Source: Acidobacteriota bacterium (GTDB taxonomy: Bacteria > Acidobacteriota > Vicinamibacteria > Vicinamibacterales > UBA2999). Taken from it: a DNA stretch of 64,000 bases. The position numbers and the translations under genes are program-made. The DNA is taken from NCBI GenBank assembly GCA_018000455.1, contig JAGNJW010000011.1:28872-92871 (forward strand). The letters run 5' to 3'. The notes beneath the pieces were generated by a model. That model had not been told where the DNA came from, made no database searches, and saw only the letters and a list, made by a program, of their open reading frames with translations. This document shows, in pieces, positions 50,432 to 58,876 of the stretch. Position 1 is the stretch's first letter. Every line of letters starts with the position of its first letter.

Positions 50432-50644
50432 ATGACTTCTGCCACTGCGGCCTCCCTCTCGGCGCTCGTCCGCCAGAGCGGCGCCTACACCGCAACGCTT
50501 GGCGAGGTGAGCTGCCGCGAGCAGATCGCGTGCTTCGAGCAGCATCTGTTCGCGATGCCGCGCATCGGCCCAGAGCACGTCGCCATCGGGCTCGGCAGCC
50601 CGCAGCTCACGCACGACCGCCTGGGCAGCTGGATGCGGTCGTGA
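50432..50644 (+). CDS. Small hypothetical protein (70 aa)
   Basis: By my hand count roughly nine in ten third-codon positions are G/C, clearly higher than in the overlapping minus-strand ORF 50285..50614. No family recognised. Confidence 0.4.
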   Translation: MTSATAASLSALVRQSGAYTATLGEVSCREQIACFEQHLFAMPRIGPEHVAIGLGSPQLTHDRLGSWMRS

Positions 50645-50666
50645 CCCGGGCCCTCGCCGGGGTCTG

Positions 50667-50675
50667 TGCTAGATT
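50667..50675 (+). promoter_or_regulatory. Extended -10 (TGcTAGATT) upstream of the alpha/beta hydrolase gene
   Basis: ctgTGcTAGATTcaggg, about 70 nt upstream of ATG 50745. The leader contains the hairpin GGCCCG-tcgcag-CGGGCC. Confidence 0.3.
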
Positions 50676-50744
50676 CAGGGCGTCTTCGCGGCCGCTCGGG
50701 CCCGTCGCAGCGGGCCTCAAGCGACAGGCGAACGGACGGACCAT

Positions 50745-51779
50745 ATGATCACAACCCTGCGCACGCTCACGCTGTCCCTCTCGCTCGTCGCCGTGGCCGT
50801 CGTCGCCACCGCGCAGGTCGGCAAGCCCCTGCCGCCGGTGCCGACGCCCACCGACATCAAGCCCGGCAGCATCACCTGCGACGAGTGTCCGTATCCGTAC
50901 CCCAGCAAGTATCTCGACCTCAGCGTCTACGACCAGGACGTGCGCATTTCGTACATGGACACGCCGGCCCTGGGCACGCCCAATGGCCACACGGTACTGC
51001 TGCTGCACGGCAACAACTTCGGCGGCTTCTACTTCAAGTCCATCATCGACGGCCTGACGAAGGAAGGCTTCCGCGTCATCACGCCCGACCAGATCGGCTA
51101 CGGCCGGTCGTCGAAGCCGATTGCGCCCTACAACTTCAACTCGCAGGTGCGCAACACCTGGCGGATCCTGCAGCACGAGAAGATCGAGCGCGTGATGGTC
51201 ATCGGCCACTCGATGGGCGGCATGATGGCGGCGCGCTTTGCCACACAGTTCCCGAAGTCGGTTGAGCGGGTCGTCATCTACAACCCGATTGGCCTCACCG
51301 ACGGCCGCTTCGATCGCCCGATGACGCCGCTCGACGACGCCTACGCGTCGAATCTCAAGACCGACTACCAGTCGACGCGTACCGGTCTCGGTCGCTACGT
51401 GGCGCACGATCCGACGAAGTGGAACGCAGAGTTCGAGACCTACACCCGCATTCGCTACTCGTGGACCCTCAGCAGCGACTGGCCGCGCCTGGCCATGGTG
51501 CAGGCCCTCATCGGCCAGATGCTCTACGCCGATCCGGTCGTCTACGACTGGGCGCACATCCAGGTGCCGACGCTGGCCTTCGGCGGCGCTGAAGACATGC
51601 TGCTCGGCCCGGCCAAGAACTTCCAGGAGCGGATGGCGTTCCTGGCCAAGAGCGTGCCCAACAACAACGGCCGCCTGTTGCTGCTGCCGGGGCTCGGCCA
51701 CGTGCCGCACCTCGAGTCGGCCGAGGCGGTGATGACGCCGCTGGTGGCCTATCTCAAGGAAGGCGTGGGCGCGAAGTAG
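50745..51779 (+). CDS. Secreted alpha/beta-fold hydrolase
   Basis: Signal peptide; HTVLLLHGNNFGG; nucleophile elbow VIGHSMGGMMA; late HVPHLE. Confidence 0.8.
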   Translation: MITTLRTLTLSLSLVAVAVVATAQVGKPLPPVPTPTDIKPGSITCDECPYPYPSKYLDLSVYDQDVRISYMDTPALGTPNGHTVLLLHGNNFGGFYFKSIIDGLTKEGFRVITPDQIGYGRSSKPIAPYNFNSQVRNTWRILQHEKIERVMVIGHSMGGMMAARFATQFPKSVERVVIYNPIGLTDGRFDRPMTPLDDAYASNLKTDYQSTRTGLGRYVAHDPTKWNAEFETYTRIRYSWTLSSDWPRLAMVQALIGQMLYADPVVYDWAHIQVPTLAFGGAEDMLLGPAKNFQERMAFLAKSVPNNNGRLLLLPGLGHVPHLESAEAVMTPLVAYLKEGVGAK

Positions 51780-51922
51780 TCCAGGCCCGCTGGCCGGCGG
51801 ATCTGGTCGCGGAACTTCACGGCGGGGATGTGCGTGCCAGTGACGCAGCCGCTCCTGGCGCTGCGGACCGGGAGTGACCTGCCAACCCTGACGCCGGCTG
51901 CACCGTCCAACCGCACGGAGGC

Positions 51923-54382
51923 GTGATGCAGTTCGACGGCATTCGGCAAGATCTCCTCGGCGGTGTGCGCGGGCTGCTGCGCACGCCGGGCGTCACTCTC
52001 GCCGCCCTCGTCACCCTCGCGCTCGGCATCGGCGCCACGTCGGCCATCTTCACCGTCGTCAAAGCGGTGCTTCTGGCACCGCTCCCCTATGCGCAGCCGG
52101 ACACTAGGGTGATGCTGTGGAGCCGCTGGGTGAGCTTCGACAAGACGTGGCTGTCGGAGCAGGAAATCCTCGACTACCGGCGGCTCGCCACCACGCTCAC
52201 GGCCGTGGCCGGCTGGAACAGCGGCCAGCAGAACCTGACCGGCGACGGTGCGCCAGAGCGAGTGGGCGTCGGGTTCGTCACGGCCAACACGTTCGACGTC
52301 CTGGGGGCCCATCCGCTCCTCGGCCGCACGATCGCGCCGGCCGAAGACGTCGCAAACGCCGCACCGGTCGCGGTGCTCGGCTACGGCCTGTGGCAGACGC
52401 GCTACGGCGGCGATCCCGCGGTCGTCGGCCGCCGGCTCCAGCTCGACGACCAACCGGTCGAGATCGTCGGGGTGATGCCGGAGGGCTTCCGCCTCCCCAC
52501 GGACTTTACCGAAGAGGCGGCCGAGCCGACCCAGCTCTGGCGCGCCTTGCAGATCGACGAAGCCAATGCCCAGCGCGGCTCGCACGGCCTCTACGGCGCC
52601 GCCCAGTTGGCCCCCGGCGTCACCGCCACCGCCGCCTCGCAGGAACTCGCCGCGCTCACGGCTGCCATGACCGCCGAGGGCCTGTACCCCGAGGCGATGC
52701 GCTTCTCGGCTTTCGCCACCCCGCTCGACGAGGAGATTCGCGGCGCGGTACGCCCGGCGATGTGGTTGCTGATGAGCGCCGTCGCCTGCCTGCTGCTCAT
52801 CGCCTGCGCCAACGTGGCCAATCTGCTGCTCGTGCGCGGCGACGCCCGCATTCGCGAGATGGCCGTGCGCTCGGCCATCGGCGCCACGACCGAGCGGCTC
52901 GTCCGGCAACTGCTCACCGAGAGCGTCGTGCTGGCGCTGGTCGGCGCGGCGCTCGGTCTGGGGCTCGCCGCTGCCGGCATCCGCGCGCTCATCGCGCTCG
53001 ATCCGACGAGCCTGCCGCCGCTCACCCCGATGGCGCTCGATGGCACGGTCGTGGCCTTCACCTTCACGCTCGCCGTGGTGACCACGCTCGTCTTCGGCCT
53101 GGTGCCGGCGCTTCGCACGCTGAGGATCAACCTGGTCGAGTCGCTGCGCGAGGGCTCGCAGCAGGCCACGGCCAGCGGCAGCCGGCAGCGCCTGCGCAGC
53201 GCGCTGGTGGTGGCGGAAGTAAGCCTCGCCGTGGTCCTGGCCGTGGGCGCAGGCCTCATGGTGCGCAGCCTGGGTGCTCTCGGCCGCGTGCCGCTCGGCT
53301 TCAACCCCGAGGGCGTGCTCACGATGAGGGTGTCGCTGCCGGAGACGCGCTACGACTCGCCCGAGAAGGTCGTGGGTTTCTATCGTCAGCTCCTCGACGA
53401 GGTGCGCGGCATGCCCGGCGTGACCGCTGCCGGGGTCGTGCGCGCGCTGCCGCTTGCGACGACCATCGGCGACTACGGCCTCGACATCGACGACTTCGAT
53501 GAATCGCCGGGTCGCAACGCCAAGGGCGACTGGCAGATCGTGACTGACGGCGCTTTCGAAGCGATGGGCACGCGCCTGCTCGGCGGCCGCTGGTTCGCCT
53601 CGAGCGACACGACTGGCAGCCAGCCGGTGATGGTCGTGAACGAGACGATGGCCCGCACCTACTGGCCCGACGGCCAGGCCCTCGGGGGACGCGTGCGCGT
53701 CGGCGGCAACCCGGATCGGCCGAAGGCGGTCGTGGTCGGCATCGTGGCCGACGAACGGCACAACGGCGTCACGGCGGCCACCAAGGAGAAGTTCTACGTG
53801 CCGCACAGCCAGTGGCACGTCGTCACGAACGGCAGCCTCATCCGCAACGCCTTCATCGTCGTAAGGACGACAGGCGATCCGTTGACCGCAGCCGGTCCAG
53901 TACGCGCAGCCGTCCGGCGGATGGATCCGAGCCTCCCGGTGGCCAGTGTGCGCCCGATGCGCGAGGTGGTCGCCGCCGCGCTCGCCACGCCGCGTCTCAC
54001 CGGCTTCCTGCTCGGCGCCTTCGCCGCCATCGCCCTGACGCTCGCGGTCGTGGGACTCTACGGCGTGCTGTCGTACGTGGTGGCGTGGCGCACGCATGAA
54101 ATCGGTATCCGCCTGGCGATGGGGGCATCGCGCGGGCACGTGCTGACGATGGTGCTCACGCATGGTCTGCGCCTGGCAGCCGCCGGCATCGCGTTGGGAC
54201 TGGCTGCGGCGGCTGGCGTCGCCCGGCTCATGAGCGGTTTGCTGTACGACGTGCAGCCGAGCGATCCGCTGACGTTCGTGGCGGTCCCCTTGGCACTACT
54301 TGCGGTGGCCGCGCTCGCCAGCCTGCTGCCGGCCTTGCGTGCCGTCGGCGTGAGCCCGACGCTGGCCCTGCGGATGGAATAG
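51923..54382 (+). CDS. ADOP-family duplicated FtsX/MacB-like permease
   Basis: MMQFDGIRQDLLGGVRGLLRTPGVTLAALVTLALGIGATSAIFTVV. Two FtsX-type 4-TM blocks (..EMAVRSAIGATTERLVRQLLTE.. and ..EIGIRLAMGASRGHVLTMVLTHG..). GGAGG lies 5 nt upstream. Confidence 0.85.
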   Translation: MMQFDGIRQDLLGGVRGLLRTPGVTLAALVTLALGIGATSAIFTVVKAVLLAPLPYAQPDTRVMLWSRWVSFDKTWLSEQEILDYRRLATTLTAVAGWNSGQQNLTGDGAPERVGVGFVTANTFDVLGAHPLLGRTIAPAEDVANAAPVAVLGYGLWQTRYGGDPAVVGRRLQLDDQPVEIVGVMPEGFRLPTDFTEEAAEPTQLWRALQIDEANAQRGSHGLYGAAQLAPGVTATAASQELAALTAAMTAEGLYPEAMRFSAFATPLDEEIRGAVRPAMWLLMSAVACLLLIACANVANLLLVRGDARIREMAVRSAIGATTERLVRQLLTESVVLALVGAALGLGLAAAGIRALIALDPTSLPPLTPMALDGTVVAFTFTLAVVTTLVFGLVPALRTLRINLVESLREGSQQATASGSRQRLRSALVVAEVSLAVVLAVGAGLMVRSLGALGRVPLGFNPEGVLTMRVSLPETRYDSPEKVVGFYRQLLDEVRGMPGVTAAGVVRALPLATTIGDYGLDIDDFDESPGRNAKGDWQIVTDGAFEAMGTRLLGGRWFASSDTTGSQPVMVVNETMARTYWPDGQALGGRVRVGGNPDRPKAVVVGIVADERHNGVTAATKEKFYVPHSQWHVVTNGSLIRNAFIVVRTTGDPLTAAGPVRAAVRRMDPSLPVASVRPMREVVAAALATPRLTGFLLGAFAAIALTLAVVGLYGVLSYVVAWRTHEIGIRLAMGASRGHVLTMVLTHGLRLAAAGIALGLAAAAGVARLMSGLLYDVQPSDPLTFVAVPLALLAVAALASLLPALRAVGVSPTLALRME

Positions 54383-54427
54383 CCGCATAAGCGGGCTGGC
54401 GCCTGGTTTCGTAGTACAACCTGCGAC

Positions 54428-57040
54428 ATGCATGCAGGCAGGTCGTGGACGGCGCGGATCGTGGTGGCGGCGGTGGCACTGAGCGGAGGGGCGTCGATGA
54501 GCGCCGCACAGACGGCGACGCCCGGCCCCGGCATTCCGCTCGAGCTGGCGACACGACGCGCCGCCATCATCACGAACGTGCGCTACGAACTGTCGCTCGC
54601 GGTGCCACGCGAGCAGACGCAGCCGCTCACCGGTACCATGACGGCGCGCTTCCAGTTGAGCGACGCATCCCAGCCCCTGGTCTTCGACTTCGCGCCCGGC
54701 GCCGACAAGGTGCGGCGCGTGGCCGTGGGCGGCATGACGGTGAGCCACGCCTACGTCACCGACCACATCGTGGTGCCGGCGGCGGCGCTGACAGCCGGCG
54801 CCACCGAGATCCGCATCGAGTTCACGGCCGGTGATGCCTCGCTCAACCGCAATCCGGATTTCCTCTACGCGCTCTTCGTGCCGGCGCGCGCGCACCTGGC
54901 GATTCCGGTGTTCGACCAGCCGGACCTCAAGGCGCGCTGGACGCTGAAGCTCACCTACCCAGGTGAGTGGGTGGCCGTCAGCAACGGCGCGCCGAGCCAG
55001 GCCGGCCAGATCACGTTCTGGGACGGGCCGGCGGGCAGCGGCAGCGCCGTCACGGCCACGTTCGCAGAAACCGAGCCCCTCTCCACGTATCTCTTCTCCT
55101 TCGTCGTCGGCGACTTCAAGGTCGAGACCGCCGAGCGCAACGGCCGCACCTTCCACATGTTCCATCGCGAGACCGACGCCGCCAAGGTGGCACGCAACAA
55201 GGACGCGATCTTCGATCTCCATGCCAGGGCGCTTGCCTTCATGGAGGACTACACCGGCCTCCCCTACGCCTTTGGCAAGTTCGATTTCGTCGCCATTCCG
55301 TCCTTCCAGTTCGGCGGCATGGAGCACGCCGGCAAGGTGCTCTACAACGCCTCGAGCCTGTTGCTCGACGAATCCGCCTCCCAGAACCAGTATTTGGGCC
55401 GCGCCTCGGTCATCTCGCACGAGACGGCGCACATGTGGTTCGGCGATCTCGTCACCATGCGCTGGTTCAACGACGTGTGGATGAAGGAGGTCTTCGCCAA
55501 CTTCATGGCCGCCAAGATCGTGAACCCGTCGTTCCCCGAGGTGAATCACGATCTGCGCTTCCTCTTCGCGCACTACCCTGCCGCGTACGACGTGGATCGC
55601 ACCCCGGGCGCCAACCCGATCCGCCAGCCGCTGGCCAACCTGAACGAGGCCGGTAGCCTCTACGGCGCCATCATCTACCAGAAGGCGCCGGTCATCATGC
55701 GGCACCTCGAGGCACTGCTCGGCGAGACCTCGTTCAGGAACGGCTTGCGGGAGTACCTCGGTGCGCACAGGTTCGGCAACGCCACCTGGAGCGACCTCAT
55801 CGAGGTGCTCGACCAGCGCACGCCGGTCGACCTGGCGGCCTGGAGCAAGGCGTGGGTGGAATCCGCCGGACGGCCGACCATCACCACCGAGCTCGACGTG
55901 AAGGACGGACGGATCGCCTCGCTCGCCTTCTCGCAAAGTGACGCACAGGAGCGCGGACTGGTGTGGCCGCAGCAGTTGCGCGTGACGATGGCGCTACCTG
56001 ACGGAACGCGCACGCTCGACGTGGCGCTGAACGGCGCGCGCACCGTGGTGAGAGAGGCCGCCGGCTGGCCTGCTCCGCAATACGTCCTGCCCAATGGCGG
56101 CGGCTGGGCCTACGGCGGCTTCGTGCTCGACCCCGCCTCGCGCGACCACCTGGCGGCGCATGTCAGCGACATCCCCGACGTGCTGACGCGTGGCGCCACG
56201 TGGGTGACCCTCTGGGACGCGCTGCTCGAGCGCAGCGTGTCCGCCGCGACGGTGGTCGACACGGCACTGGCCGCCGTCACCGTTGAACCCGACGAGCAGA
56301 GCCGGGCCCGCGTGCTCGGCTACATGGCATCTGCCTGGTGGCGATTCCTCTCGCCAGCCGAGCGGGCGTCACGCGCCGTCGTTGCCGAGGCGACACTGCG
56401 CGCCGGACTCGATCGAGCGACCACCGCCGGCCAGAAGTCGGCGTGGTTCGGCGCCATTCGCCGCATCGTCACGAGCCCCGACACGCTCGCCTGGCTGACG
56501 CGCGTGTGGGACAAGACCGAGGCCGTTGAAGGACTCCCGCTTGCCGAGGCCGACTACTCCACCCTCGCGCTGGAACTCGCCGTGCGCGACGTGCCGCGCG
56601 CCGGCGAGATCCTCACCGGCCAGCTCGCGCGCATCGACAATCCCGATCGCAAGGCCCGCTTCGCCTTCATCATGCCGGCATTGTCGGGCGATGCCGCCGT
56701 GCGCGAGCGCTGGTTCCTGGCGCTCGGCGACCTCGCCAACCGCCGTCGTGAGCCGTGGGTGCTCGACGGCCTCGACTATCTGCACCATCCGCTGCGGGCG
56801 TCACAATCGGCGAAGTACGTGCGACCGAGCCTGGACCTGCTGTGGGAGATCCAGAAGACGGGCGACATCTTCTTTCCGAAGCGCTGGATGGACGCCACAC
56901 TCGGCGGTTACTCCAGCGGCGACACCGCTGGTGATGTCCGCCGCTTTCTGGCCACCTTGCCGGCTGACTACCCCGTCCGCCTCAGGAACATCGTGCTGCA
57001 ATCCGCCGACGAGCTGTTCCGCGCCGCCGGGCAGCGCTAG
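54428..57040 (+). CDS. M1-family zinc aminopeptidase (aminopeptidase N-like), secreted
   Basis: FGGMEHAG (GxMEN variant) and HETAHMWFGDLVTMRWFNDVWMKE (HExxH-18-E). Confidence 0.85.
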   Translation: MHAGRSWTARIVVAAVALSGGASMSAAQTATPGPGIPLELATRRAAIITNVRYELSLAVPREQTQPLTGTMTARFQLSDASQPLVFDFAPGADKVRRVAVGGMTVSHAYVTDHIVVPAAALTAGATEIRIEFTAGDASLNRNPDFLYALFVPARAHLAIPVFDQPDLKARWTLKLTYPGEWVAVSNGAPSQAGQITFWDGPAGSGSAVTATFAETEPLSTYLFSFVVGDFKVETAERNGRTFHMFHRETDAAKVARNKDAIFDLHARALAFMEDYTGLPYAFGKFDFVAIPSFQFGGMEHAGKVLYNASSLLLDESASQNQYLGRASVISHETAHMWFGDLVTMRWFNDVWMKEVFANFMAAKIVNPSFPEVNHDLRFLFAHYPAAYDVDRTPGANPIRQPLANLNEAGSLYGAIIYQKAPVIMRHLEALLGETSFRNGLREYLGAHRFGNATWSDLIEVLDQRTPVDLAAWSKAWVESAGRPTITTELDVKDGRIASLAFSQSDAQERGLVWPQQLRVTMALPDGTRTLDVALNGARTVVREAAGWPAPQYVLPNGGGWAYGGFVLDPASRDHLAAHVSDIPDVLTRGATWVTLWDALLERSVSAATVVDTALAAVTVEPDEQSRARVLGYMASAWWRFLSPAERASRAVVAEATLRAGLDRATTAGQKSAWFGAIRRIVTSPDTLAWLTRVWDKTEAVEGLPLAEADYSTLALELAVRDVPRAGEILTGQLARIDNPDRKARFAFIMPALSGDAAVRERWFLALGDLANRRREPWVLDGLDYLHHPLRASQSAKYVRPSLDLLWEIQKTGDIFFPKRWMDATLGGYSSGDTAGDVRRFLATLPADYPVRLRNIVLQSADELFRAAGQR

Positions 57041-57079
57041 AGACGTCGAACGCGCCGCGGTGGGTGGCGCTGGCGCCGG

Positions 57080-58771
57080 TCAGTGCAGACGGGCGGCGAG
57101 CAGATCGCGATAGAGATGCGCCCGGTAGCTGCGAGTGAGCGCCTGGTCGGGACACTCCGTGAGTTGTCCGTCGCACAGCAGTCGCATCCTGCGGTTGGCG
57201 TCGAACAACGGCCCGAGCGGAAGGCCCGCCTGCTCCAGAATGACGGCCGCCAGGTAGGAGATGTCCAGTGCCCGCGCGTGGCCGACGGCGACTGGCGTGG
57301 GGAAGTTGGTCTTGACCGCGTAGGCCGTCAGGTACTGCGGGTGCGCCACTCCCGACACGTACGGCACGGGTCCGCCGAGGTTCGGCTGGTGGTCGCCGAA
57401 ATAGGCGTAGACGACCGGACGCGATCCCCCGAGCAGCTCGGCGCCAAACGCCGCCGAGGCGATGCTCGTGGCTACCATGCGGTCCACGTAGTCGGACGTC
57501 CGCGCGGCCAGGGGGCGCGGCAGCTCCGCCTGGTCCAGGCCGTAGCGCACCGGGTGCGTGCTGTCGTACGGCCCGTGCTGCATCATGGAGAGCACGAACA
57601 GCAGGATCGGCCGATCGCGCGATCGCGCCAGGGTCTGCTGGGCGAAGCGGCCGAGCTCGGCGTCGGTGACGAGGTTCTGCACGACCGACTTGCCGCCCCA
57701 CTCCGGAAAGTCGAGCGGATTGAGCACCTCATCGAATCCGAGATCGCGCTGCGCCGCCTCCATGTTGTAGAGCGCCTTGGGCACACCCGAGATGGCGACC
57801 GCGCGGTAACCGCGGCTCTTCAGCAGCGTGGGCAGGGAATACTGCAGGTTGGACGTGACGGTGTAGTAGACGCCGTTGCCAGACGCACCGAAGTCTTCAT
57901 GCGACAGCCCGGTGAGCAAGGCGAACTCGGTGAGCCACGTGCTGCCACCCCACGAGTGCACACGCAGGGGACCATGAGCGCGAGTGCTGGCATCCGGGTC
58001 GTACATCGGCAGCGCCGGCAGGTCTGCGCCTGGGAGGTCGAACAGGCGCAGGTCCATGGCCGACTCCTGCAGCCAGATCACGATGTCTGGCGTCGCGGGC
58101 GTCGCCGTGGCTGACACCACGGTGGGGTCGTGCCCGTCAGGAAGCGTCGCCGCTCGCGCCAGGAAGAGCGCACTCGACCCGTCGATGGCGGGCGGCTGGT
58201 AGGTCAGCGTCGACGCCGAGTAGACCAGATTCGCGAAGTGGCCGTAGGTGTTGAAACCAAACGGATCGAAGACATGTCGATGCCGCCACTGGACCACGGT
58301 GCCGGCGAGCGCGACGGCCATTAGCACTGCGAGGACGCGCGTCTGCCAACGGACCCGCGACTCCCGCGGCACGAGCAGCCACGACAGGACTAGAAGCGAC
58401 GCGCCTGCCACAACGAAGGCCAGTATTTCCGGATACTGCCAGACGACGAGCCAGTTGGCGCTGTCGAGGGCCAGGCGCAGGTCGGCCGCCGTCCACGTCT
58501 GCTCGAGATAGCGCCACTTGAGCCAGTGGAGGCGCTGCAGACAGAAGGTGACGGCAGTGCCGAGCGCGAGGCTGCGCCACAGCCGGCCGCTCGCCGCCAA
58601 CAGCATCAGGATGGGCAGCAGCCAGAACGAAAGATTGATGACGACGGTCGGAACGTCGGGCCGCAGGCGCAGACAGATGTAGGCATTCCAGCCGGCCATC
58701 AGCACGACGGCCACCGCCATCAGGATCTGAGCCGCACGATAGACGCTGTTCTGGAGCCTCGAGAAGTGCAT
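57080..58771 (-). CDS. Membrane-anchored sulfatase-fold (LTA-synthase/phosphotransferase-like) protein
   Basis: Five N-terminal TM helices, then an extracytoplasmic domain (..IVIWLQESAMD.., ..GGSTWLTEFALLTG.., ..YFGDHQP..). The family call is by overall pattern. Confidence 0.6.
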   Translation of the reverse strand: MHFSRLQNSVYRAAQILMAVAVVLMAGWNAYICLRLRPDVPTVVINLSFWLLPILMLLAASGRLWRSLALGTAVTFCLQRLHWLKWRYLEQTWTAADLRLALDSANWLVVWQYPEILAFVVAGASLLVLSWLLVPRESRVRWQTRVLAVLMAVALAGTVVQWRHRHVFDPFGFNTYGHFANLVYSASTLTYQPPAIDGSSALFLARAATLPDGHDPTVVSATATPATPDIVIWLQESAMDLRLFDLPGADLPALPMYDPDASTRAHGPLRVHSWGGSTWLTEFALLTGLSHEDFGASGNGVYYTVTSNLQYSLPTLLKSRGYRAVAISGVPKALYNMEAAQRDLGFDEVLNPLDFPEWGGKSVVQNLVTDAELGRFAQQTLARSRDRPILLFVLSMMQHGPYDSTHPVRYGLDQAELPRPLAARTSDYVDRMVATSIASAAFGAELLGGSRPVVYAYFGDHQPNLGGPVPYVSGVAHPQYLTAYAVKTNFPTPVAVGHARALDISYLAAVILEQAGLPLGPLFDANRRMRLLCDGQLTECPDQALTRSYRAHLYRDLLAARLH

Positions 58772-58876
58772 GACGCCGGGGGATCACCATCATACGAGAG
58801 GTGCGTCGCCCGGGTGTGCAAGTGAGCGAAAGGGCGCTTCGACGTGCGGTGCGGCGTTGGGCCGCCGCTGCCGGCC

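Noticed and set aside
50285-50614. Minus-strand 109-aa ORF between the oxidoreductase and hydrolase genes.
   Set aside because: It overlaps the 3' end of the FAD oxidoreductase gene. Its third-position GC is clearly lower than that of the plus-strand 70-aa ORF covering the same DNA.
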